Part shown: positions 9,300 through 16,430 of the stretch, one piece after another
Layout: each line of letters starts with the position of its first letter
Position numbering within the stretch: position 1 is the stretch's first letter
Virus record (IMG/VR): IMGVR_UViG_3300021142_000016
Origin: an uncultured virus (IMG/VR IMGVR_UViG_3300021142_000016)
Lineage: Duplodnaviria; Heunggongvirae; Uroviricota; Caudoviricetes
DNA: 64,000 nt
Direction: 5' to 3' (one strand)
Program-made: the position numbers and the translations under genes
Notes under the pieces: model-generated
The model's input: the letters and a program-made list of their open reading frames with translations, nothing else
Database searches by the model: none
Told to the model about the DNA's origin: nothing

Positions 9300-9329
9300 A
9301 TTGTATCACTATATGTGTTTATGTGTCAA
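9300..9329 (-). promoter_or_regulatory. sigma70/SigA-type promoter
   Basis: TTGACA-N18-TACAAT with extended TG. Confidence 0.7.
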
Positions 9330-9339
9330 GCTGTTTTTA

Positions 9340-9525
9340 CTAATTGTTTTCTTGAATTATATCTAAAGGTGTGGGTGCTGTCAACAATGCGTCACACAAA
9401 GCACACTCAGCATCTAGATTATATATCCCAATCTCGTAATCTTCTGGATCAAATTGTACAATAATCTTTATTAGTTTTGAGCCACATGCTGGGCACATTG
9501 CCGTAGGAATGCCTCTAAAATCCAC
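9340..9525 (-). CDS. small zinc-ribbon protein
   Basis: CPAC...CALC. Confidence 0.65.
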   Translation of the reverse strand: MDFRGIPTAMCPACGSKLIKIIVQFDPEDYEIGIYNLDAECALCDALLTAPTPLDIIQENN

Positions 9526-9527
9526 GA

Positions 9528-9896
9528 TTATTCCTTAAAATATCTATATGGAATTCCATATGATTCTAAGATTTTGATGCAAGAATAGTTTCTTGAAGAT
9601 TCACCAAAAATTAATGCAATACTTGCACCTGATTCAATCATAGTTACATCAGAAAAAGATGAAAAATCTCTAACTATTTCTTCTTTGATTTTATAACCTT
9701 TTTGTCTAAGGAACTTCTCTGTTTTACCTATGTATTCGGTTACCATGTTTTCTGCACCCCGCATACCCTTATGAACAAAAACAAATTCTTTGTCGTCAGG
9801 ATAATGGTATTTATTATCTTCAATTAATAAAGTTATTTGACGAATTAAATCGTTATAATCCGTCCAATCTTTACTTCCAAAAACTAATGCTCTCAT
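9528..9896 (-). CDS. SLOG-superfamily (DUF2493/YspA-like) protein
   Basis: MRALVFGSKDWTDY...VHKGMRGAE Rossmannoid pattern; start trimmed to 9896. Confidence 0.6.
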   Translation of the reverse strand: MRALVFGSKDWTDYNDLIRQITLLIEDNKYHYPDDKEFVFVHKGMRGAENMVTEYIGKTEKFLRQKGYKIKEEIVRDFSSFSDVTMIESGASIALIFGESSRNYSCIKILESYGIPYRYFKE

Positions 9897-9914
9897 GGTT
9901 TCCTTTCTGAAATA

Positions 9915-9942
9915 CATAAGGACGGGGGAAACCGTCCTTATG
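9915..9942 (-). terminator. probable intrinsic terminator
   Basis: CATAAGGACGG-6 nt-CCGTCCTTATG 11-bp hairpin followed by TATTT. Confidence 0.65.
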
Positions 9943-9964
9943 CAAATATATACGTATATATTTA

Positions 9965-10765
9965 TTACTTACGTGGTGCGAATGCTCCACCCCAAAGTGA
10001 CTTCTTAACTTCCTTTGGCTCTTCTTTATCAGCTACGGTTTCATCCTTAGCTTCTGCCTTGTTAAGATCTTCTTCGGTGACTTCATCTGAAGATGCAGCC
10101 TTGTTTACATCTGTAGAATCTCCCCAGCACTCGTGCATTACTGCATTTCCGCAATCTGGGCAAGTCATTCCTGACTTATAAATTCCTGCGCCATTTGTTG
10201 CAACTTGCTCTGGGAGCTTGTCGTCATTTGGTGCATCTGAAACTGAAACATCACCCTCTGGGCGAGTTGCTTGATCAACTAGATCAGTTGATGCTGGTTG
10301 AGTAGCATTTGGTAGATCCTTGGTTACAGCGATGTTACCTTTTGGATCTGGCTCTGTTGTTTGATCTGACATTGTGGTTCCTCCAATCGTATAGTCTCCA
10401 GGGTTGTTATTAACGTTTGTGTTAAAGTTACCTCTGGTGTAATTTTCTACGGTTCTTTCATCCCGCTCTTGGTCTACTGAAGAAGATGTGCCAATTGCTT
10501 TAAGAAAAGCATCTTTAACATCATCAATAAACTTAGTAACCTTCCAATCCTCTGGGAGAACATTTGTTGCTTCCAAAGCCTTTGCTCTAGCAATTATGTG
10601 CGCCTTTGCTTTTGCATAATTTGCTGAACGTCCGATTGATTGAATGGCATTGTGTAAATCTGTGACATTTTCAATTGGAAAAGAACCATCTGGTAGAGCG
10701 TGACCTGCTGCTGCCAATTGTTTGCGCTTTTCTTCTGAAAATTCTCTTTTAAATACAAGATCCAT
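9965..10765 (-). CDS. modular putative head-associated/internal virion protein
   Basis: EKRKQLAAAGHALPDGSFPI module of the kind fused to phage head proteins; acidic linkers; C-terminal SLWGGAFAP. Confidence 0.6.
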   Translation of the reverse strand: MDLVFKREFSEEKRKQLAAAGHALPDGSFPIENVTDLHNAIQSIGRSANYAKAKAHIIARAKALEATNVLPEDWKVTKFIDDVKDAFLKAIGTSSSVDQERDERTVENYTRGNFNTNVNNNPGDYTIGGTTMSDQTTEPDPKGNIAVTKDLPNATQPASTDLVDQATRPEGDVSVSDAPNDDKLPEQVATNGAGIYKSGMTCPDCGNAVMHECWGDSTDVNKAASSDEVTEEDLNKAEAKDETVADKEEPKEVKKSLWGGAFAPRK

Positions 10766-11002
10766 TTACTTTGACCCTACCTCTGTTGTAGTGATATTTC
10801 CTCCAGCGTAGCGTGGAGTGGTCATTGAAACATCACTTCCCGTGAAAGGGGATCCGACATTCATAGTACCAGCATTGTTCACGCCGAGATCTGTCTTTGC
10901 ATCTGTGCGAAGACCTGCCTCAGGACCTGCTTGCTCTGTAACTGGTGTTGCTGCAGCGGGTTGTTGTGTACCGCCTTCTTTACCTTGTTGGTTGTTATCC
11001 AT
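10766..11002 (-). CDS. small low-complexity protein, possibly virion-associated
   Basis: Same AAGGTGGTGA Shine-Dalgarno as the major capsid gene. Confidence 0.55.
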   Translation of the reverse strand: MDNNQQGKEGGTQQPAAATPVTEQAGPEAGLRTDAKTDLGVNNAGTMNVGSPFTGSDVSMTTPRYAGGNITTTEVGSK

Positions 11003-11032
11003 ATTAAATCACCACCTTATTTTCATTGTACG

Positions 11033-11359
11033 TTAAAAATCTGTTTCATCAAAATCATTCATATCAAAGCCTTCAGCTTGCAAAGCACGCTTACCATCTT
11101 CGGATATAGTCATCTGTGCGTTTAGATTTTCATCATAAGATACTTCAATCAAACCTTTTAAATATAAATCAATTAAAACCTGATCCATATCGTCTTGCAT
11201 AACTTGATATAATTCTGGCATTACTTCTTCCAAAACATCCATATCAAATCTGTAAATTGTTTCGCCATCTTCATCAATTCCATCAAAAAATGCTGCACCT
11301 TCTGAGACAAGGTACTCCATTATTTCTATATGATCTTCATCAGATGGGTCGTATTCCAA
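11033..11359 (-). CDS. acidic hypothetical protein (possible winged helix)
   Basis: LIDLYLKGLIEV...ISEDGKRAL. Confidence 0.6.
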   Translation of the reverse strand: MEYDPSDEDHIEIMEYLVSEGAAFFDGIDEDGETIYRFDMDVLEEVMPELYQVMQDDMDQVLIDLYLKGLIEVSYDENLNAQMTISEDGKRALQAEGFDMNDFDETDF

Positions 11360-11394
11360 TTTACCACTTCCTCGCTACTATTATACCTTAATTG

Positions 11395-11467
11395 CGCCCC
11401 TGGCAGGAATTGAACCTGCGACACATGGCTTAGAAGTCCATTGTTCTATCCACTGAACTACAGGGGC
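11395..11467 (-). tRNA. tRNA-Arg (UCU)
   Basis: GCCCCTG/CAGGGGC acceptor, loop CT-TCT-AA, GGTTCAATTCC T arm; A31-G39 mismatch; no encoded CCA. Confidence 0.9.
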
Positions 11468-11474
11468 AAACACA

Positions 11475-11498
11475 AAAGGTACTATTTCTAGTACCTTT
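11475..11498 (-). terminator. probable terminator after dps
   Basis: AAAGGTACTA-gaaa-TAGTACCTTT followed by TGTGTTT. Confidence 0.6.
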
Positions 11499-11524
11499 AA
11501 TGCGGATAAGCTTTGACTGCTGTA

Positions 11525-11986
11525 TTACATTATAGTAGGCTTTAGAGTTGATGTCAACTGCCATTGCCAAAATTTATGTGCTTCTTGTCTGCCAGCGATA
11601 AAATTGCAAATTCCTTGTTCATCTAATTCATTTGATACGTCGTATGTTTTTTTAAGTTGAGCCATTACTACTACATTTGTATTAATTAATTCCTGAATCA
11701 TTTGCCGAGCATTTAAATCTTCTGAATCATTAATTTCCAAACTAGGGCTAAGCTCTGTCCATGACTTTAAACCAAATGGAGTTTTTGCGCCCATTTTACG
11801 GATATTTTCTGCTATAGGATCAATAGACTCATATAAATCTTCATAAATCTTTAAGAAAAACTTGTGATATTGTGGGAATCCCGCACCTTCTACGTTCCAG
11901 TGATAGCCGTGTGCTTGCACATAATGCTTCACAACCATTGATTTTAAAACTTTTAATTCATTAATTAAATCTTCATTTGTTGCCAT
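11525..11986 (-). CDS. dps: Dps-family ferritin-like protein
   Basis: HGYHWNVEG.GF..YH..F...YE......D.IAE ferroxidase signature; likely start MATNED. Confidence 0.93.
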   Translation of the reverse strand: MATNEDLINELKVLKSMVVKHYVQAHGYHWNVEGAGFPQYHKFFLKIYEDLYESIDPIAENIRKMGAKTPFGLKSWTELSPSLEINDSEDLNARQMIQELINTNVVVMAQLKKTYDVSNELDEQGICNFIAGRQEAHKFWQWQLTSTLKPTIM

Positions 11987-12278
11987 TTTTATCACCCTTT
12001 ATATCTTCATCTATGTGACGTAGCATTTCTACTATAATCTCGTCATCTTGTTTATTTGGATCATTATGTGTGTACAAAGCTTGAACTGTCTTTTTATCCT
12101 CAAGTCTTTGGCTACCCTCACCCATCATAATTAAAAGCATTGCAATTGGAATAAGTAGACCTGTTGGAACATTTGTCCAATATTTCATGGCATTTAAACT
12201 AATTGCAGAAACATAGCCAGACAATCTTGCTGGGTATTTCTGTATATAAAAAGCTAAATTTTGCCAAAAATTCTTCAT
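11973..12278 (-). CDS. small membrane protein
   Basis: Hydrophobic segment; ATG 8 nt after TATAAT (leaderless-like). Confidence 0.55.
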   Translation of the reverse strand: MKNFWQNLAFYIQKYPARLSGYVSAISLNAMKYWTNVPTGLLIPIAMLLIMMGEGSQRLEDKKTVQALYTHNDPNKQDDEIIVEMLRHIDEDIKGDKNGNK

Positions 12279-12298
12279 ATAACTAATTATACATCAAG

Positions 12299-12368
12299 AT
12301 GAGCAGTTTTGAAAAAGACATGCTCAGGTCTTTGTCCTGCGACTCCCCGATGAAAGGGTGCAGTGACA
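12299..12368 (-). ncRNA. putative structured small RNA or 3' element: bulged hairpin plus H-type pseudoknot
   Basis: AAAGAC-CTGAGCAT-GTCTTT stem whose loop TGAGCA pairs with downstream TGCTCA; upstream CTGC..CCC/GGG..GCAG hairpin. Confidence 0.55.
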
Positions 12369-12385
12369 TTATTATATATTATTGT

Positions 12386-12847
12386 TTACTTGATGCGAAT
12401 TGTCTTAGGCTTTTGATCTTCTGGAATTTCCCGTTCAATTTTAACGGAAAGAAGTCCATTTTCAAGAGACGCAGACTTTACAACCATATATTCACCAAGC
12501 GTGAAGGTTTGTGTGAAATTGCGTCCTGCAATTCCTTTATGTAGGAATTCAGACTTTTCATCATTTTCACGATCACTCTTAATAATTAATGTATCTTTAT
12601 CTACAGTAATATCAAGATCTTCACGATCATATCCAGCAACCGCTAGTTCAACAACGTAATTGTCTTCGTCAATCTTCTTGACGTTATATGGGGGGAATGA
12701 AGATGTTGTTGTTTTATTTACATTCCAGCGATGGAACTGTGAATCAAATCCCAAGAAAAATGGATCACTGAACCATGTTTCCAAAGTTGTAAAGGGATTT
12801 GTTGATGCGATGTTATAGTTGTATGTATTGTTTCTTAGATGTGTCAT
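12386..12847 (-). CDS. small heat shock protein Hsp20 (IbpA-like)
   Basis: FPPYNV, ELAVAGY, FLHKGIA.RNF, ASLENGLL.V, C-terminal IxI (TIRIK). Confidence 0.95.
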   Translation of the reverse strand: MTHLRNNTYNYNIASTNPFTTLETWFSDPFFLGFDSQFHRWNVNKTTTSSFPPYNVKKIDEDNYVVELAVAGYDREDLDITVDKDTLIIKSDRENDEKSEFLHKGIAGRNFTQTFTLGEYMVVKSASLENGLLSVKIEREIPEDQKPKTIRIK

Positions 12848-12876
12848 TATACTTAGCTCCTTTTCAGCAAGTTAGT
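12845..12876 (-). promoter_or_regulatory. ROSE-like RNA thermometer hairpin over the hsp20 Shine-Dalgarno
   Basis: CTTGCT-GAAA-AGGAG: U(U/C)GCU pairs with AGGAG leaving a bulged G. Confidence 0.7.
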
Positions 12877-12880
12877 TAGA

Positions 12881-12907
12881 TTGGCACTCCCTGACGGCGA
12901 GTGCTAA
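12881..12907 (-). promoter_or_regulatory. CIRCE element (HrcA operator)
   Basis: TTAGCACTC-N9-GAGTGCCAA, one mismatch from consensus, between the -10 box and hsp20. Confidence 0.9.
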
Positions 12908-12911
12908 ATAT

Positions 12912-12920
12912 ATTATATCA
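12912..12920 (-). promoter_or_regulatory. extended -10 promoter for hsp20
   Basis: TGATATAAT 4 nt upstream of CIRCE. Confidence 0.7.
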
Positions 12921-13643
12921 GTTTCCTATAGCTTTGTAAAGTGAAAAATCTAGTTTTTGAAAGTCTTGAGATCTGGTCCAAAATGCTGTATTAACATATC
13001 TTGTTCCAGATGTGATCTGTGTCACACCATGTGGGTTATAGATATTCCCGCTAAAAATAGCTAACATACCTGGCTTTGGCTTAATTGTAAAGTTATTGTG
13101 AGTTGGAAAATATAATTCCCCGCCTTCAAAATCATCATTAAGGTATAGCATGCTTGTATAATGCTTTGTTGTAAACTTGCTCTTCCACAAAGATTCATCA
13201 GATTCTTTAAAATAAGTTAAATCAACATCTGGTGCAACTTTTGTACGATCAAAATCTGGGTCTATATAATCTATATGCGGTTTTTGTTGAAATGGATGAT
13301 ACCATCTTACAACTTCCCAGCATTCCAACAAGGTGTCTTGATTTCCTATATTAAAAAAATCTTTAACTTGCTCTCTTGCTTTTACATTAATTTTGTGAGT
13401 AACATCAACTAATTCTTTTTCTTTTCCTTGAAAAGCAAACCCAGTTAAATCTATTCTTCTGTTATCCCACTGAGCAGATTGTCTTAAAAAATGCTCTTCT
13501 TCTATAAAATCTTCCCTCTTGGCATTACCATGTGACCAGGAATTTGTTCTATTTGCGTATTCAATAATCCAATCACATGTTTCTTTATCTATAAAGTCTT
13601 CAACAATTCTTGCTACTGGAGAATTGTAATCTGTTACCTTCAT
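12918..13643 (-). CDS. 2OG-Fe(II) oxygenase (prolyl-4-hydroxylase-like)
   Basis: PHID (HxD), LYLNDDFEGGELYF, HGVTQITSGTRY. Confidence 0.92.
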   Translation of the reverse strand: MKVTDYNSPVARIVEDFIDKETCDWIIEYANRTNSWSHGNAKREDFIEEEHFLRQSAQWDNRRIDLTGFAFQGKEKELVDVTHKINVKAREQVKDFFNIGNQDTLLECWEVVRWYHPFQQKPHIDYIDPDFDRTKVAPDVDLTYFKESDESLWKSKFTTKHYTSMLYLNDDFEGGELYFPTHNNFTIKPKPGMLAIFSGNIYNPHGVTQITSGTRYVNTAFWTRSQDFQKLDFSLYKAIGN

Positions 13644-14762
13644 TTATTGATTGCTTCTTCCTCTTGAATCGCTATGATTTCCATAGCCTACAGATGGCTT
13701 ACCATCATTTTGTGGCGGTGTATTGTAAGTTGATTGCCATGATGGCATAACTTTTTCATTTCCCATTACTGGAGCAAAGGAACCATTCCAAACGCTAAGT
13801 CTTCCAATTCCTTCTTGTTCATCTTGTTTTGTTTGACCATTTACATCATCTTTCTTAACGGGAATACAGTTGGGAACTGTTTTACCATTTTCGTTTTCTT
13901 TTGTACCAGCGTATGCGTAGCCATCCCAACATGGTCCTTGCCCCTTATCTAAACAGTAGTTACACTTTTGTGTATCTGAAATATAATGATGATCGTTACC
14001 TAGATCATCGCAACCGCATGTCATGCATTTGCGAACATAAGTTTTTTGTAATTTAACTGGAGAAAAAACACCATCCCATGATGCTTCGCCTTTTTCAACT
14101 TTGTTAGCTCTTTCTACAATAGCACGTGACCAAGAATACCCTGCGTCCCCGCCCCATGCATACCACATAACTTTACCGTGAGATGGTTTATCCCAGTCTT
14201 TACCTTGCTTATCAACTTCATGACGAGAAAAAAATGAATACATGCGTTTTACAGTATCAAGAGATAATGATGTTCCATTTACAATTTGGTGCGCACGAGT
14301 CCAGCCAACATTAGTTCCTGCACCATTTGCTTTTCCTTCTTCTTTCCATTTGATTGCTTTTGCTGCTGCAGATTTCATTCCTGCAGTTGGCTTATAGCCA
14401 CCTTCAGCTTTATTAACAACTGGTTCCGTAACTGCAAGTGCTGCAAGTGCATCTTCAGCATCTGCACGATTGATATAGCATCCTATTGTTTGACCAGAAC
14501 CAACTTTACTAACAGAGTATCCATGCTGGCAATCTGAGGTATTAAATACAATTTCCCAACCGACTCCGCCACTAATACGGCCAGAGTTTGCTGATGAGTC
14601 ACCAGCTATTCCTACATTTTTATTAACATCTTTAACATTAGCATATAAAGCAGCAAGTTGTGCTTGTGCTTTCTTTTTAGAAGGATGAGTTCCTACAACT
14701 TTACCAGTATTTGTTGCAATAACTGCATACTGATCTCCGACTTGCTTAATGTTATATGGCAT
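13644..14762 (-). CDS. modular putative internal head protein/polyprotein
   Basis: Two GKVVG.H...A...LAAL modules, a YKPT.GM..AA..A..W...WGGDAG.SW module, a CW.GY...G.K....K.VPNC.P module and two WxGxF.P motifs. Confidence 0.6.
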   Translation of the reverse strand: MPYNIKQVGDQYAVIATNTGKVVGTHPSKKKAQAQLAALYANVKDVNKNVGIAGDSSANSGRISGGVGWEIVFNTSDCQHGYSVSKVGSGQTIGCYINRADAEDALAALAVTEPVVNKAEGGYKPTAGMKSAAAKAIKWKEEGKANGAGTNVGWTRAHQIVNGTSLSLDTVKRMYSFFSRHEVDKQGKDWDKPSHGKVMWYAWGGDAGYSWSRAIVERANKVEKGEASWDGVFSPVKLQKTYVRKCMTCGCDDLGNDHHYISDTQKCNYCLDKGQGPCWDGYAYAGTKENENGKTVPNCIPVKKDDVNGQTKQDEQEGIGRLSVWNGSFAPVMGNEKVMPSWQSTYNTPPQNDGKPSVGYGNHSDSRGRSNQ

Positions 14763-14764
14763 AT

Positions 14765-15262
14765 TTATCCTACGTTATAAATTGTTAGATTAGCACTTGG
14801 TGATGCTGGTCTTGTTGGATTTGTTCCTGCTGCTGTAGCCAATAATGACATTCCCGCTGCACCTGACCACCAATGAAATTGAATATAATCTCCTGCATTA
14901 ACAATAATTGGTGATTCAATATTTGCCAATACCTGTGAACCTTGAGCACTTGTAGTTGTAAATGTAAAAGAAGATGATGGTACCTGTACACCATTTTTAG
15001 AATACCAAGTTGTAATATTATAATTAGATGCTCCACCAGTAAAGTCAAATTGACCTAAAAAGTTAAGGTTGTATGTTCCTGGAACTTGAAAGGTAATCTT
15101 TGTAGCATCTGTACCGCTAATTGACATACCTTTTGAAAGATTTGTTGTATCCCAAGTTATAACGTTATCTGTTGTTGTACCGCCAGATGACATACTTGTT
15201 GAACGTGCAAAGTTTCCGTAATAAAGAATTTGAGCGGGAACTGTTGAAACTTTAATGCTCAT
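14765..15262 (-). CDS. C1q/TNF-like jelly-roll protein, possible head fibre/decoration
   Basis: YGNF, ITF..PGTYNL.F..QF, W..KNG..VP.S, AGDYI. Confidence 0.55.
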   Translation of the reverse strand: MSIKVSTVPAQILYYGNFARSTSMSSGGTTTDNVITWDTTNLSKGMSISGTDATKITFQVPGTYNLNFLGQFDFTGGASNYNITTWYSKNGVQVPSSSFTFTTTSAQGSQVLANIESPIIVNAGDYIQFHWWSGAAGMSLLATAAGTNPTRPASPSANLTIYNVG

Positions 15263-15263
15263 A

Positions 15264-15551
15264 TTAAACCTCTGCTGCTAATACTGCGACGTTTGGAGTT
15301 CCAGATGCTGCAATAGCATAAAGTTGATCGGAAGCAAGAAGATCTACTGTGTATGTTTGACCTGCTAAAAGAGCAAAACCATAAGATGATGTAGTAACTA
15401 AAGAAGATCCTAGATATACAGTAATTACTGGGTCTAAATTTTGAACAGAAAGTGAAACTCTGCTTTCATATACAGTTTCATTTGCTGATGGAATACTTAC
15501 TAATGTTGCTGTAGAAGCATTAAGAGCTACTACTTGGTGTGTTATTGCCAT
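15264..15551 (-). CDS. small beta-rich putative virion protein
   Basis: VQNL....VYLG...VT...YGF.L..G........LYAIA pattern. Confidence 0.55.
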   Translation of the reverse strand: MAITHQVVALNASTATLVSIPSANETVYESRVSLSVQNLDPVITVYLGSSLVTTSSYGFALLAGQTYTVDLLASDQLYAIAASGTPNVAVLAAEV

Positions 15552-16050
15552 TTGTTACCTCCGTGTTTTTTGTATCTTTACCAATTATATCATTTATCTT
15601 GCGAGATTTCATTTTCTTTGGATTAGGTATTACCTCTGCTGCGGGTAAAGTTCCCGCCTTTCTAAACCTAAGAGATTCCCAGAGAGCATGAGGTAGGGTA
15701 TGCACCCCGTAGTGTGTTCTGTGATGATTTGTACACAAAGTTTCAAGATTGCCTGGACTTTCCAGCCATTGTTGAAATTCATCATCATCTTTAAAATTTA
15801 AACCAAAATAAGCTTCAATTTTTTCTTGATCTGCATTTGGTAGTTGTGAAAATTCTACATGCGTATGATGTAATTCTATTTGACCGCCACATAAATCATC
15901 ATTGATGTTGCACTTCCAAAGTCCAGCTTCCTTGATCTTCTTTTTAGCAGCCACAAAATATTTATAATTTGGGTCATGCTCTCGTGGATCATGCTCGGGT
16001 ATATGTGCTAAAATATGAAATTCCATATTTACATCATGTGCATCTGTCAT
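15520..16050 (-). CDS. HNH-like His/Cys-rich protein
   Basis: C...C....ELHH...NLETLC..HH....GVH. Confidence 0.55.
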   Translation of the reverse strand: MTDAHDVNMEFHILAHIPEHDPREHDPNYKYFVAAKKKIKEAGLWKCNINDDLCGGQIELHHTHVEFSQLPNADQEKIEAYFGLNFKDDDEFQQWLESPGNLETLCTNHHRTHYGVHTLPHALWESLRFRKAGTLPAAEVIPNPKKMKSRKINDIIGKDTKNTEVTNGNNTPSSSS

Positions 16051-16073
16051 AATAGTTAATTATACATTATTTG

Positions 16074-16144
16074 AGCGAATAGCGGGAATCAAACCCGCGC
16101 ATTAACCTTGGCAAGGTTACGCACTATCACTATGCAATATTCGC
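16074..16144 (-). tRNA. tRNA-Gly (GCC)
   Basis: GCGAATA/TATTCGC acceptor, TAACC-TTGCCAA-GGTTA, U73. Confidence 0.88.
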
Positions 16145-16147
16145 AGG

Positions 16148-16272
16148 GGCTATATACGGATTCCAGCACATTGAATGGCTGCCCTAAGAAGTCTCCCACT
16201 CACAGAACTCTGGTCACGGGTTACTTGGTTATTCGTAACTATATCCATACCTAAGGTGTGCCGTATATAGCC
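16148..16272 (-). ncRNA. putative structured ncRNA between tRNA-Leu and tRNA-Gly
   Basis: Perfect 12-bp terminal stem GGCTATATACGG/CCGTATATAGCC with nested helices; not a cloverleaf. Confidence 0.6.
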
Positions 16273-16275
16273 TTG

Positions 16276-16349
16276 TGCTTCATGTAAGACTTGAACTTAC
16301 AACATCATGATCCTAAGTCATGTGCCTCTACCAATTGGGCCAATGAAGC
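16276..16349 (-). tRNA. tRNA-Leu (UAG), short variable loop
   Basis: GCTTCAT/ATGAAGC acceptor, CATGA-CTTAGGA-TCATG, A73. Confidence 0.88.
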
Positions 16350-16354
16350 TTCTG

Positions 16355-16426
16355 CTTCCCGTCATGGATTCGGACCACGATTCTCGGCTCCAAAGGCCGA
16401 TGTCCTGCCAATTGGACGAACGGGAA
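16355..16426 (-). tRNA. tRNA-Gln (UUG)
   Basis: TTCCCGT/ACGGGAA acceptor, TCGGC-CTTTGGA-GCCGA, G73. Confidence 0.9.
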
Positions 16427-16430
16427 ATAG

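Noticed and set aside
16148..16272. HDV-like (theta) ribozyme, tmRNA, RNase P RNA or a degenerate tRNA
   Set aside because: The 5' strand pairs with the extreme 3' end, unlike HDV topology. It is too short for tmRNA or RNase P RNA, lacks their motifs and has no cloverleaf.
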